From Mycoplasmatota bacterium (GTDB lineage: Bacteria > Bacillota_I > Bacilli_A > MAG-NZ): a stretch of DNA of 64,000 bases. The notes beneath the pieces were generated by a model. It worked only from the letters and a program-made list of their open reading frames with translations, had not been told where the DNA came from and ran no database searches. The stretch spans positions 248,001 through 312,000 of the forward strand of contig CP074575.1 of assembly GCA_018394315.1 (NCBI GenBank). Direction: 5' to 3'. The number at the start of each line of letters is the position of its first letter. Within the stretch, counting starts at the first letter, position 1. This document shows, one piece after another, positions 49,744-60,839 of the stretch. Made by a program: the position numbers and the translations under genes.

Positions 49744-51291
49744 ATGAGAAGATTCAAACTAACTATCTTACATACAAGTGATGTTCATGGATATGTAATG
49801 CCTTACAATTACTCTAACAACAAAGACTCAAATATTGGATTATCTAAATTATCTACACTGATTAAGCAGTATAGGACTGAGAACTCACTATTGATAGATA
49901 CCGGTGATACAATTCAAGGTAGTGCACTTACATACTATTATTCATTAAATCAGGAAACCATCAATCCAATATCAAAAGTCTATAACTATCTTAATTATGA
50001 CTATTCTATTATTGGAAATCATGATTTTAACTATGGACAAACTTACCTTACGGAATTCTTAAAAGACTGTAATTCAAAAGTTCTTGCTGCAAATATATTT
50101 AAAAACAACTCAAAATTATTTGATTCTTTCGATATAAAGGAATTTGAAGATGGACCTACAGTAGCCATCGTTGGATTAACTACCCATTTCATTCCAAATT
50201 GGGAAAATCCTATTAACATAAAAAACATGCGTTTTGATCATGAACTTGAAACGTTAAAGTTAGTATTAAGTAACATAAGAAGAGACTACAAAGTTGATTT
50301 AATTATAGTTGGATATCACGGAGGCTTTGAAAACGATATAATCACTGGTCAGGCTATTCAAAATGAAACCGGGGAGAACAATGGATATAAAATGTTAGAT
50401 TTAGATATCGATGTATTACTCTCAGGTCATCAACATAGATTCTTAGCGGGTGAACAAGGTGGTGTTAGTTATACACAACCCGGGTTTAATGGAAGCCATT
50501 TAGGTTTAGTTGAAGTCAACTTTTCTTATGAGGGTAAGTGGAAAGTCGCTTCAAAAGAAACTAAAATAATCTCAACATCTTCTATCAAGGGTGACTCTGA
50601 AATCATTAAACTTATTAAAAACATAGAGACTAAAACTCAAGAGTGGTTGGATACTCCTATAGGAAGATTAAGTTCAGGTGACTGTTTAATTACTGATCCC
50701 TTACTTGATAGAATTAATAAAAACCCAATGGTGACTTTAATAAATTCTATCCAAATGGAAGCTACAAACACCGATATATCTTGTACTTCGCTTGGAAACT
50801 CAGTCATGGGCTTTAATGCTTTAATAACAATGCGCGATATAATTTCTACTTATATATATCCAAATACATTAGTGGTCTTGGAAGTGACAGGAAAAGACAT
50901 TAAAGACGCTATTGAAAAATCTGCGGAATTCTTTACGGTTAAAAACAACTCAATAGAAATCAGTGAACAGTTTATATCTCCTAAACTAGAACTTTATAAT
51001 TATGATATGTTCGATGGATTAGAGTATATAATCAATTTAAGTAATAAGATTGGTGATAGAGCAACTAAAATAACACATAAAAACGCTCCACTTGATATGA
51101 AAAAAAATTACAAAGTCGTCATGAATAATTACCGTGCTGCAGGTGGAGGAAATTATACTATGTTCAAGAACAAAAAAGTAATCAGAACGGTAGAAAAGGA
51201 TATGGTTGATATTATAGCTGATTATATTTTAAAGTACAAAGTAATTAATCTAGAAAGAGTAAATAATATTAAATTAGTAAAAAATGATTAA
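49744..51291 (+). CDS. Bifunctional metallophosphatase / 5'-nucleotidase (CpdB/YfkN-like, no signal peptide)
   Basis: TSDVHG, DTGDTIQG, GNHDFNYG, GHQH and NNYRAAGGG. Confidence 0.92.
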   Translation: MRRFKLTILHTSDVHGYVMPYNYSNNKDSNIGLSKLSTLIKQYRTENSLLIDTGDTIQGSALTYYYSLNQETINPISKVYNYLNYDYSIIGNHDFNYGQTYLTEFLKDCNSKVLAANIFKNNSKLFDSFDIKEFEDGPTVAIVGLTTHFIPNWENPINIKNMRFDHELETLKLVLSNIRRDYKVDLIIVGYHGGFENDIITGQAIQNETGENNGYKMLDLDIDVLLSGHQHRFLAGEQGGVSYTQPGFNGSHLGLVEVNFSYEGKWKVASKETKIISTSSIKGDSEIIKLIKNIETKTQEWLDTPIGRLSSGDCLITDPLLDRINKNPMVTLINSIQMEATNTDISCTSLGNSVMGFNALITMRDIISTYIYPNTLVVLEVTGKDIKDAIEKSAEFFTVKNNSIEISEQFISPKLELYNYDMFDGLEYIINLSNKIGDRATKITHKNAPLDMKKNYKVVMNNYRAAGGGNYTMFKNKKVIRTVEKDMVDIIADYILKYKVINLERVNNIKLVKND

Positions 51292-51339
51292 CAAATGCTA
51301 GTCATTTTCCTATCGTAATTAAAAAACCTAGAGTCTTAT

Positions 51340-52846
51340 GGCTGTAAAATTAAGTTTGGGGTAAGAGAGTTATTCTCTTATTTCAAACTTTTTTAATGGA
51401 AACAAAAAAAGTGCATAATAATCCGATATAATTTAAGCGCTCAAACCTAATTAGAAAGGAAATTATTATGCACTCAAATTCTATCACATTTAATAATGAT
51501 ATAAAATCTATTTTCAATATCCACGATAAATCTATAGTCCTAGATAACTATGAAATTATCGATGACTCAATAATCATTCATCTTTCAAGGAATCGCCAAT
51601 TAGTCAAATGTTCAGTCTGTGGAGAATTAACTGATAAGGTCCACGACTATTATATTCGCACTATTAATCATGGTGTTTTCAATAACCGTAAGTGTTTTAT
51701 TAAATACAAGCAACGTAGATATCGTTGTGATTGTGGTAAGAGATTCTCTTTACCTAATCAATTTGTTGAGAAGTACAATAAGATTAGTTCTAACTCTAAA
51801 TGGAGTATCATTAACGAGGCTATACTTGTTTCTTCTTTCAAAGACATGGGGAAAAGACTTAATATGTCTTCTACCACTGTAAGAAGAATATTTAATATGC
51901 ATTGTAAACAATCTAGAAAGTCTTTACCTAGAGTATTAAGCATTGATGAATTCAAAGGTAATAGTGGTGGATACAAATACAATCTAAGTATTTGTGATCC
52001 TTCTAATAGACAAATAATAGATATATTACCTTGTAGATATAAGGATTACTTACACCACTACTTTAGTACGTTTTCTTCTGAAGAACTAAGTAATGTAGAG
52101 GTTATTACTATGGATATGTATCATACTTACCACGATATTTGTAAGGAATTCTTTCCTAACGCTACTATAGTAATCGATACTTTCCACTTTGTTAGACTAG
52201 TTACCAATGCAGCTAATAATGTAAGGATTAGAATTATGAAGAAGTTTAATCGAATTGATAAGCAATACAAAGTCCTCAAATCTAGATGGAGATTATTTAA
52301 TACTAAACCAGATTGCATCTCGGATAAATGGATATTTGATAAAAGGAGTAAGCAATGGACAAGTGATTCATCATTACTTGATTACATGAGAAACATTCAT
52401 CCAGAGTTAGGTAAGACCAGAGAGTTACTAGAATCGTTTTATGAGATTGTTCATAACTCAAGCTATCCTACCGTTTATCATGAGCTCAATAATTGGATCA
52501 TTGAAGCGAAGAAAACTAACATTGGTGAAGTTAGAGAAGCAGCATTATCTATAGAAAGGTGGTTACCTGAGATAGTTAATTCGTTTATGATTAATCCTGA
52601 TACTGAAACTAAATACACCTCAGCCTTTATTGAAGGTAGTAATAACTATATCAAAGTGATAAAACGTACTTCATATGGATTTAGATGTTTCAATACTTTT
52701 AGAAACAAAATACTTTATCATCACAATAATTCAAGACATATTATATCTGCATAGTTATGCACAAAAAAAGGACATAGATTTTTTCAATCTATATCCTTAA
52801 ACTCTTACTCATTTATTGAGTTTACCCCAATCCTTGACTTAGAGCC
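51340..52846 (+). mobile_element. Complete ISL3-family IS (1507 bp) with 8-bp target duplication AGTCTTAT
   Basis: IRs GGCTGTAAAATTAAGTTTGGGGTAA and GGCTCTAAGTCAAGGATTGGGGTAA (18/25). AGTCTTAT at 51332-51339 and 52847-52854. Confidence 0.93.
51468..52754 (+). CDS. ISL3-family transposase
   Basis: CSVCG and CDCG zinc finger, SIDEF, TMDM, IDTFH and EGSNNYIKVIKRTSYGFR. Confidence 0.95.
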   Translation: MHSNSITFNNDIKSIFNIHDKSIVLDNYEIIDDSIIIHLSRNRQLVKCSVCGELTDKVHDYYIRTINHGVFNNRKCFIKYKQRRYRCDCGKRFSLPNQFVEKYNKISSNSKWSIINEAILVSSFKDMGKRLNMSSTTVRRIFNMHCKQSRKSLPRVLSIDEFKGNSGGYKYNLSICDPSNRQIIDILPCRYKDYLHHYFSTFSSEELSNVEVITMDMYHTYHDICKEFFPNATIVIDTFHFVRLVTNAANNVRIRIMKKFNRIDKQYKVLKSRWRLFNTKPDCISDKWIFDKRSKQWTSDSSLLDYMRNIHPELGKTRELLESFYEIVHNSSYPTVYHELNNWIIEAKKTNIGEVREAALSIERWLPEIVNSFMINPDTETKYTSAFIEGSNNYIKVIKRTSYGFRCFNTFRNKILYHHNNSRHIISA

Positions 52847-52871
52847 AGTCTTATAGACTCTAGGTCATTAG

Positions 52872-53753
52872 TTATTCAATAAATTCACTGATTAACTTAG
52901 CTAATTCTTCTGGACAATCTACCATAGGAGAATGACCAGAATTTTCTAAAATTATTTTGTTTGCATCGCTTAAAGCGTTTACGGTTTCATCAACCATACT
53001 TTCTAACACAACTATATCTGAGTCACCCCATAAAGATAAAGTTTTTGCTCTTACATCTTTAATAGAGTCATCTCCTTCACATACACCATTACTGTGATTT
53101 GACATATTAAACGAAGTCAAACACCAATCTATATCTACAAGATTTCTTTGTTTCATAGTTTCACTTAGATATAACTTATCATCCTCTAAAGATGGATTAT
53201 TTACGTTATAAATAACCATATCCCAAATGCTTTTCATCGTTGCTACGTCGTTATTCCTTAGTGCAGTAATAATAGGTAAAACTTGTACCGCATCTAGAGC
53301 TAACTCTTCTTTAGTTGAATATGTTTCCCCAATGATTGGTTGTCCCAATTCATTTTTCTTGAATACTGGATATCCTCTAAATGAGGCTGACTCTACTAGG
53401 ATCAGTTTTTCACACATTTCTTTATACTTTGCAGCAAACTTCAAGGCAATTGCCCCACCAGTACTCCATCCTAGGATATGTGCTTTATCAATGTTAAGTT
53501 CTTCCATTAAAAGATAAATATCATCAGATAAATCCTCTAGTGAGTTAATGGCTACATTATAAGACGAGTCACCAAATCCACGTAAGTCTGGTGCTATAAT
53601 CTTATATTCAGTTTCAAGTAGTTCAATCAATGGTTTGAAATGAATCCCACTACTCATATTACCATGAATTAGAATTAAAACTTCCTTACTAGTACCACGC
53701 TCTATGTAATAATAAGTTTCATCATTAGTTAAACGTAAAGACTTCTTTTTCAT
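52872..53753 (-). CDS. Alpha/beta hydrolase (PhaZ-like PHA depolymerase candidate)
   Basis: HGNMSS, GWSTGG lipase box and GHSP. Confidence 0.85.
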   Translation of the reverse strand: MKKKSLRLTNDETYYYIERGTSKEVLILIHGNMSSGIHFKPLIELLETEYKIIAPDLRGFGDSSYNVAINSLEDLSDDIYLLMEELNIDKAHILGWSTGGAIALKFAAKYKEMCEKLILVESASFRGYPVFKKNELGQPIIGETYSTKEELALDAVQVLPIITALRNNDVATMKSIWDMVIYNVNNPSLEDDKLYLSETMKQRNLVDIDWCLTSFNMSNHSNGVCEGDDSIKDVRAKTLSLWGDSDIVVLESMVDETVNALSDANKIILENSGHSPMVDCPEELAKLISEFIE

Positions 53754-53763
53754 ACAAATCCTC

Positions 53764-54594
53764 CTAAATCACATACTTATAATTTCCGCTATTAATAAAT
53801 CCAAGTACAAGCGCGACAAATAGTTCGGGTTTTTCATACATACTAGCGTGACCACAATTAGGTATTATAACTAATTCAGAATCTTTTATTCTTTCGCTAA
53901 TGAATTTTTGGTCTTCCATTGGAGTTAAGAAATCCTGCTCTGAACTAATTATCATAGTAGGTACAGTGATATTATAAAGATCTTTATTAACATCGTGATT
54001 TTCTGAACTAATTGTTAACCTACTCATTGCATCAAGAAAATTTGGATCACTAAAAATTGGTATTAACAGCTCTTTTCTTTTATTCATCCAGTCTATCTTA
54101 TTCATGTAAAACAGAGGCGAATAAATATAAGGAATAGTGATATTATAATACGCTTCACCATTTCTAGATTTAGCAACTTCATTCCACCCGTTTCCTATAG
54201 CTCTTAACCAATCTGAAGTCTTTGAAACAGCGTTAGCTAAAAACAGTTTCTCAATGAAAGACTGATATTTTACAGTGAATTTCAGTGCCACACTTGCTCC
54301 ATAACTAATCCCAACAAGATTGATTTTCTCAATATTTAAATATTCCAAAAGAGCTTTAAGTAACTCAACTTGTAGGTCTAATGTATAGTTGTAATTTAGT
54401 TTACTCGTATCACCTTGGTCAAACATATCAAATCTGATTAATGTATTATCTTTAGAAAATGGTTTTTTAAACATCTCCCAACTTCTCGTTGACATCATTA
54501 TACCGTTTAGTAGGATGATTTTATTTTTATCAGAATTAATATCTCCATCAACAATATAATGTACATCATAACCATTATATTTGAATATAGCCAT
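53764..54594 (-). CDS. Alpha/beta hydrolase
   Basis: NGIMMS, GISYG and GHASMYE. Confidence 0.88.
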   Translation of the reverse strand: MAIFKYNGYDVHYIVDGDINSDKNKIILLNGIMMSTRSWEMFKKPFSKDNTLIRFDMFDQGDTSKLNYNYTLDLQVELLKALLEYLNIEKINLVGISYGASVALKFTVKYQSFIEKLFLANAVSKTSDWLRAIGNGWNEVAKSRNGEAYYNITIPYIYSPLFYMNKIDWMNKRKELLIPIFSDPNFLDAMSRLTISSENHDVNKDLYNITVPTMIISSEQDFLTPMEDQKFISERIKDSELVIIPNCGHASMYEKPELFVALVLGFINSGNYKYVI

Positions 54595-55892
54595 TAGATA
54601 TAACCTAATTCCTTTGCTTGTTTCCTTAGTTCATCTCTAAACTTAGGATGTGCTATTCCGATTAACAACTCGACTCTTTCATGAATGCTAGTTCCTCTTA
54701 GATGAGCAACACCATATTCAGTAACTACATAATCAACATCATTTCTAGATAATGATACAGCAGCGCCTGGTTTTAAAGTGCCAACTATTTTTGACATTTC
54801 TTCTTTTTGACCAGTTTCTTTATTTCTAACCATAGCTGTTGAATAAAGAGCTATGAAGCTTCTACCATTCTTGGCTTTTTGTGCTCCTGTAGCTGTATCA
54901 GTTTGTCCACCAGTTCCACTAAATTGAACTGGTCCAATAGACTCACTACAACACTGTCCTGTTAAATCAATTTCAATTGAAGTATTTATGGAAACTTGAT
55001 TATCATTTTGACCTATTACATATGGGTCATTTACATAATTCCCATCGAGTAACATTACGCTAGGATTATCATCAACAAAGTCATATAGTTCTCTAGTTCC
55101 AAGCGCAAATGCAGCTACCATTTTTCCTTTGTGTAAAGTTTTCTTAGAGTTATTAACTGCTCCTGCTTTAAATAGTTTCATAAATCCTGTTGTTAACATT
55201 TCAGTATGTACACCCAAATTCTTTTTAGTCATTAATGCTGAAGCAACAGCATTAGGAATACCTCCAATACCTAGTTGAATACAGTCTCCATCATTTATAT
55301 ATTCAGCAATCATTTTTCCTATTTTAAGATCTCGCTCATTTGGTTCGATATCAGGTAACTCAGGCACTTCATAATCAACTTTGATAAAATAATCAACTTC
55401 TGATTTATGTAATTCTAAATCCCCTAGAGTTCTTGGAAAATTCGGATTAGTTTCTAATATAACTATGTCTGCTGCTTCTATAATCATTTTCTCATATACA
55501 TTGGATAGAGATAAAGATACAAATCCATGCTTATCTGGCATTGATGCATTTCCTATATATATGTTGGGTTTAACATGTTCGAGTCTCTTCAATCCAGCCA
55601 TATGAAGTTGATTAGGTATAAAAGAGATATTCTTATTCTTAAATGCCCTTCTCAAATCACCTGAAAAGAACCAACTACTTATTTCAAATAGTTCTTTATA
55701 TTTCTCATTACAAATATATTCATACGGATATAATGGTAAACAATTATCAATGTTAATTTTATTTACCCTTCCATCTATTTTGTGAATATTCTTTAAGAAT
55801 TCTCTTCCTTCACTAGCTGCCATTCCAGTTACGATGTGATCACCATCTTTAATTAAATCGAGCGCTGCTTCGATTGAGATTATTTTTGCCAT
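54594..55892 (-). CDS. 4-hydroxybutyrate CoA-transferase / acetyl-CoA hydrolase family
   Basis: QLGIGGIPNA, HTEM, SGTGGQ, VTEYG and IAHPKFR. Confidence 0.92.
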   Translation of the reverse strand: MAKIISIEAALDLIKDGDHIVTGMAASEGREFLKNIHKIDGRVNKINIDNCLPLYPYEYICNEKYKELFEISSWFFSGDLRRAFKNKNISFIPNQLHMAGLKRLEHVKPNIYIGNASMPDKHGFVSLSLSNVYEKMIIEAADIVILETNPNFPRTLGDLELHKSEVDYFIKVDYEVPELPDIEPNERDLKIGKMIAEYINDGDCIQLGIGGIPNAVASALMTKKNLGVHTEMLTTGFMKLFKAGAVNNSKKTLHKGKMVAAFALGTRELYDFVDDNPSVMLLDGNYVNDPYVIGQNDNQVSINTSIEIDLTGQCCSESIGPVQFSGTGGQTDTATGAQKAKNGRSFIALYSTAMVRNKETGQKEEMSKIVGTLKPGAAVSLSRNDVDYVVTEYGVAHLRGTSIHERVELLIGIAHPKFRDELRKQAKELGYI

Positions 55893-55953
55893 GAGTATCC
55901 TCCTTAATAAAATGAATATAGAGATTTTTCCCTATATTCATTTTTTTATTAAA

Positions 55954-57195
55954 TTATTTTCCTAAGATTGAATCAATTGATTGTATTGGTTGTTCAACAT
56001 CCCATAAATATACTGCTTCTGCTGAATCTGTAGCTGGAGTATAATATAGTTTTGTTAATGCCATCGCTTGAGTACCAACACGTTGTCCGCTAGAATAGTC
56101 AATATTACCACCAAATGGGTTTTTAATTGGATCTGATTCCATTGCGTTAATATAATTTTCCCAAGTTAAATCATCATCACCAACGCGTGTTAAACCTTCA
56201 ACAAAGAAGTGAGCTGCGATCCATCCAGTCATTGCATATACACTATTAACGTATTCACTATTATATTCTTCCATTTCATCTCTGAATAATTGATATTCCT
56301 CAGTGAAAGACGCATCATCATTTAAAATGTCAACCCATGCACTAGCATATACATCAAATGAATCTAAAGTTTCAGCGATTAACGCACCGAATGATGGTGA
56401 CGCATTTACATAAGAAGTGATACAATCAACATCACTACCAGCAACTTCTAAAGCTTTAATTGATGTAGCTGCACTACCTTGGTTAGCAGCTATGATAATA
56501 AAGTCAACATCAGCTTCAACAATTTTGATTGCTGCTGCTGATAAGTCTGCTGCACCAAATTCTACCTCAACAATTTCAAGTTCTACATTGTTCTTTTCAG
56601 CTTCAAGTTCGATTCCTTCTAACATACTTGTTCCAGAATCATCATTAGAATAGATAACACCTATTTTTGATGCATTGAAATCCCCAATTGCTCTTGCAAC
56701 CATTACTTGACCCTCAGCTGGGTACAATGGTTGAACAGGGAAAGAAGCTCTTTCATTTCCTTCAGCACTAGGGTTAAATAATGTACCAACACCTGTTGCA
56801 TAATAAACACGAGGAATTCCCATTTCTGTTAAGTAAGTCTCTGTAGCTCCTATAATTGGTGTCCCAAAGTGTCCAACGAATGAGAAGATTTGATCATCTT
56901 CCACTAACTTTTCAGCGTAAGTTAAACCTTTAGCTCCATTAAATTCATCATCATAATGTTTAAATTCAATAGTTCTACCACTAACTCCACCTTCATCGTT
57001 TACCATTTCAAAATACGCTTCAATACCAGCGTTAAATGGTAATCCAACAAACGCTAACGCACCTGAAGTTGCAGCTGAATTACCTACTGTTACAGTTGTT
57101 TCAGTAACTCCTTGTGCACTTTCTTCACTACCATTACATGCTGTTAACGAAAATACAGCCATAACTAATAATACACTCAATAATAATTTTTTCAT
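55954..57195 (-). CDS. Branched-chain-amino-acid-type ABC substrate-binding lipoprotein
   Basis: Lipobox LTAC and VNDEGGVSGRTIE...DD periplasmic binding fold. Confidence 0.88.
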   Translation of the reverse strand: MKKLLLSVLLVMAVFSLTACNGSEESAQGVTETTVTVGNSAATSGALAFVGLPFNAGIEAYFEMVNDEGGVSGRTIEFKHYDDEFNGAKGLTYAEKLVEDDQIFSFVGHFGTPIIGATETYLTEMGIPRVYYATGVGTLFNPSAEGNERASFPVQPLYPAEGQVMVARAIGDFNASKIGVIYSNDDSGTSMLEGIELEAEKNNVELEIVEVEFGAADLSAAAIKIVEADVDFIIIAANQGSAATSIKALEVAGSDVDCITSYVNASPSFGALIAETLDSFDVYASAWVDILNDDASFTEEYQLFRDEMEEYNSEYVNSVYAMTGWIAAHFFVEGLTRVGDDDLTWENYINAMESDPIKNPFGGNIDYSSGQRVGTQAMALTKLYYTPATDSAEAVYLWDVEQPIQSIDSILGK

Positions 57196-57230
57196 ACTCT
57201 CCTCCTATTTTTTAGTTTTAAAAAATTATC

Positions 57231-58070
57231 TTAATCACCCAAATAAGCTTCAACCAGTTTTGGATCTTTCATTAAATCTTTTGCAGATCCTTCAAGAATT
57301 AATTCACCAACCTGAATCACATACGCATAGTCAGCAATTTTTAGGGTTTGAAGCGCATTTTGTTCAACAATTAAAACTGTAGTACCTTCTTTTTGAAATT
57401 CCTTAATTATTTCAAAGATGCTTTTTATAATCAATGGAGCTAACCCAAGTGAAGGCTCATCCAATATTAATAACTCAGGATTTGCCATCATCGCTCTAGA
57501 GATAGCAAGCATTTGCTGCTCTCCCCCTGAAAGAGTATTTGCTATTTGATTTCCTCTTTCCTTTAGTACTGGAAAATACTTATAAACTCTTTCCTTGTTG
57601 TTTTCCATTAATTCATTTCTTGTAAGTTTAATTTCCGTATTATCTAAATCTTCTTTAGATAAACTACTTCTTAATTTCTCAATTTCCCTTTTTATTCTTG
57701 AATTAATTGCTCCAGGAAATATTTGTGACACTTTTATTTTGTCCTTTTTAACTTTGAAAGCACCGATTCGTAAATTCTCTTCCACTGTTAAGTCAACGAA
57801 TATTTGTCTACCTTCAGGCGATAATGTAATACCTTCTCTTGTAATTTTCTCTGTAGATAATTTAGTAATATTTTTCCCTTTAAATAAGACTTTACCAGAT
57901 TCTGCTTCTTTTAAACCTGTAATTTTCTTAAGTAGAGTTGTTTTTCCACCACCGTTTGCCCCTAGTATCGCTACGATACTTCCTTTTGGAACATTTAAAG
58001 AAATACCTTTAAGCGCAGTGATAGGACCATAATTAACGACTAAGTCTTTTATCTCAAGTAAGTTTCTCAT
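57231..58070 (-). CDS. livF: LivF-like ABC ATP-binding protein
   Basis: GANGGGKTT, LSGGEQQMLAI and DEPSLGLAP. Confidence 0.88.
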   Translation of the reverse strand: MRNLLEIKDLVVNYGPITALKGISLNVPKGSIVAILGANGGGKTTLLKKITGLKEAESGKVLFKGKNITKLSTEKITREGITLSPEGRQIFVDLTVEENLRIGAFKVKKDKIKVSQIFPGAINSRIKREIEKLRSSLSKEDLDNTEIKLTRNELMENNKERVYKYFPVLKERGNQIANTLSGGEQQMLAISRAMMANPELLILDEPSLGLAPLIIKSIFEIIKEFQKEGTTVLIVEQNALQTLKIADYAYVIQVGELILEGSAKDLMKDPKLVEAYLGD

Positions 58071-58882
58071 CAATCATCATCCTTTCCAAGATAAGCTTCT
58101 TGCACAATCGGGTTATTCTTAATATTTTCAGGTGTATCCATCGCCAGAAATTTACCAAATGAAATTGCACATATTCTATCACACACATTCATTACAAATC
58201 CCATATCATGTTCAACAAGTAGAATCGAAATATCAAACTTATCCCTTATATTTAGTATTAATTTACATAACTCTTCTGTCTCAACGTCATTTAATCCTGC
58301 AGCTGGTTCATCTAATATAATTAATTTTGGATCGCTAATCAGTGTTCTAGCAATTCCAATTTTCTTTAATATTCCGTAAGGTTGACCTCCTGCATATTGG
58401 TCTTTAAGGTGATCAATCCCCATAAATTTAAGTACTTCAATCGCTTTACTTCTATATTCCTCTTCTTCTTTACAAGCCTTCTTCGTTTTAAGAATATGCG
58501 AGAAAATTCCTTTTTTATATAAAGTATGAGCGCCTATTAAAACATTATCTAATATTGATAAATCAGCAACTAATTCAACATTTTGGAATGTTCTAACCAA
58601 ACCTTCTTTGATAATATTAGTTACTTTTAAGTCGTTTAAATTAACAGTTTCGTTGTTTTTATTATTAAATAATACTGTACCCGTATCAGCATCATAAAAC
58701 TGTGTGATGCAATTAAACACGGTTGTCTTCCCAGCACCATTTGGTCCAATTAGACCAACAATTTCTCTTTCTTTTATATCAAATGATAACTCATCAACGG
58801 CTTTAAGTCCTCCAAATGATATTGAAATATTATCAACTTTTAATAACATTCCTTTGTCTAAATTTACAGTAGAATTACTCAT
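58070..58882 (-). CDS. livG: LivG-like ABC ATP-binding protein
   Basis: GPNGAGKTT, RTFQN, DEPAAG and VEHDM. Confidence 0.88.
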   Translation of the reverse strand: MSNSTVNLDKGMLLKVDNISISFGGLKAVDELSFDIKEREIVGLIGPNGAGKTTVFNCITQFYDADTGTVLFNNKNNETVNLNDLKVTNIIKEGLVRTFQNVELVADLSILDNVLIGAHTLYKKGIFSHILKTKKACKEEEEYRSKAIEVLKFMGIDHLKDQYAGGQPYGILKKIGIARTLISDPKLIILDEPAAGLNDVETEELCKLILNIRDKFDISILLVEHDMGFVMNVCDRICAISFGKFLAMDTPENIKNNPIVQEAYLGKDDD

Positions 58883-59939
58883 TAGCTTTTTGTCCTTTTT
58901 TTACCTTGATTTTCAATTCGCCGTTTTTATATTTCTTATATAACTTTTTAAAATCCTGAAATACATTAACTGCACCATTTGGATAAAACATTACAACAAT
59001 AATAATTAGAACTCCAGAGAAAATATATGCTATCCCCTCTGTTCCTGCGAATAAATCTTCTAACCATAATGTCGGCACTCCGTATATTACAAAGACTCCT
59101 AGGAATGTACCAATTATTGATTTAACACCACCTACAACCACCATTGCTAGTACAAGTAAAGTTAACATTAAATTCCAATCAAGTGGTTGAACATATCTAA
59201 AGAATGATGCGTATAAAATTCCACCAGTAGTTGCAAATAGTGTCGCTATAATAAAGGCTATCAATCTATACCTTGGTACACTTACACCCATTGCTTGAGC
59301 TGAAGAGTCACTTCTACTCATCGCCATTAATGCTCGACCAGTTCTACTATGTACAATGTTATACATAATAAACATAAAGAGAACCATCATTACTACTAAG
59401 AATATAAACATCGTACTTTTTTGTAATTGTAGTACGCCAAATAGCTTTGGAAACTTAAAGTGTACTCCTCCATAAGCGTTTGTAAACCAAGTAACCTTTT
59501 TAAATACTTGTGAGAATATTTCCCCTACTGCTAGAGTAGCTATGGCTAAATATACACCATCTACTTTCAGTGAGAATAACCCTATGAAAATACCTATTAA
59601 AGCTGCAATTAATAAAGTTATTAGTGCTGCAAACTCATATGGTATTCCATGCCCATAGAAATATACAACTCCATAAGCGCCAAACCCAACAAATCCAGCA
59701 GTACCAAGACTAATTAACCCCGAGTACCCTATTAATATATTTAATCCCATCGCAACAATTGTGAAGATAATAATATAAGCAAACAAAGACACAGTTGAAA
59801 CTTTCATTATCCCTACTGTTGAAAGTAGTGGTATTAATGATAACAGTACTCCAAAAGCTGTAAAACGATAATAAATATTCTTACTAAATTTATTCTTTAT
59901 CTGTCCAATCAACCTTGATTTTCTTTTTTTTCCTTCCAT
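58875..59939 (-). CDS. livM: LivM-like ABC permease
   Basis: GYSGLISLG, YLAIATLA and SRTGRALMA. Confidence 0.87.
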   Translation of the reverse strand: MEGKKRKSRLIGQIKNKFSKNIYYRFTAFGVLLSLIPLLSTVGIMKVSTVSLFAYIIIFTIVAMGLNILIGYSGLISLGTAGFVGFGAYGVVYFYGHGIPYEFAALITLLIAALIGIFIGLFSLKVDGVYLAIATLAVGEIFSQVFKKVTWFTNAYGGVHFKFPKLFGVLQLQKSTMFIFLVVMMVLFMFIMYNIVHSRTGRALMAMSRSDSSAQAMGVSVPRYRLIAFIIATLFATTGGILYASFFRYVQPLDWNLMLTLLVLAMVVVGGVKSIIGTFLGVFVIYGVPTLWLEDLFAGTEGIAYIFSGVLIIIVVMFYPNGAVNVFQDFKKLYKKYKNGELKIKVKKGQKANE

Positions 59940-59951
59940 AGTTTCACCTCT

Positions 59952-60836
59952 TTAAACTTTTTTGATTGTTTTCTTACCAACCAAACCTACAGGTTTAAAG
60001 AATAAGAAAATCAGTATTACAACATATACTATTACCGTACTCCATGTTGATGTAATATAAAAATTCGTTAAGTTTCGCGATAATGCAATCAAGTAAGCAC
60101 CGATTACAGGACCATAAAATGACTGGAATCCTCCAAGAACACAAGCGAAGAATGCACTCATTTGTACGTCATTCATCATATTAATATCAACTGCAGATTG
60201 TGGTGCCACAATGATTGCAGCTAATGTACCAAATGCTGCTGCAGTTGCCCAAGACATCATAGTCACGTTTTTAGTAGGAACTCCCATCAATTTAGAGGCC
60301 ATTTCATTTGATGCAGTGGCTCTAATCGCAAGTCCCCAAGAAGTGAATTTTAAGAACCAAAATGCCGATGCCATTAACGCAATGGATATTGCAATAGTGA
60401 ATAATGCATTATATCCGATTGATGCACCCATAAATTCTACTTGAGTAAGGGTTGAGAACTCAATAAATCTCGGCATCGGTATTGGTTCAACTCCAAACAG
60501 TATGGGTGTAATTCCCAAAATCACTATAATTAATCCTAGTGTGATTATTTGTTTTCCTTCATGACCAACCCGAGCAGCTGGTCTAATAAAGAAAGCATCA
60601 ATAACAAATCCAGTTAATATAGCTGTTACCATCGCTATTGGCACAGTAACCCAAATAGACCAACCCCAAGACATTAACAACGTAGCTGCAACAAATGCAT
60701 TTAATGTACCAATTGCACCCTGAGCAAAGTTAAACGCTCTACTTGTTCTATATATAAGTACTACACCAAGTGCAGCTAGTGCATAAACACTCCCAGTTTC
60801 TAAACTCCTAAATAATAACGTTATAAAAACTTTCAT
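59952..60836 (-). CDS. livH: LivH-like ABC permease
   Basis: GSVYALAALG, NFAQG and GLAIRA. Confidence 0.87.
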   Translation of the reverse strand: MKVFITLLFRSLETGSVYALAALGVVLIYRTSRAFNFAQGAIGTLNAFVAATLLMSWGWSIWVTVPIAMVTAILTGFVIDAFFIRPAARVGHEGKQIITLGLIIVILGITPILFGVEPIPMPRFIEFSTLTQVEFMGASIGYNALFTIAISIALMASAFWFLKFTSWGLAIRATASNEMASKLMGVPTKNVTMMSWATAAAFGTLAAIIVAPQSAVDINMMNDVQMSAFFACVLGGFQSFYGPVIGAYLIALSRNLTNFYITSTWSTVIVYVVILIFLFFKPVGLVGKKTIKKV

Positions 60837-60839
60837 TTT

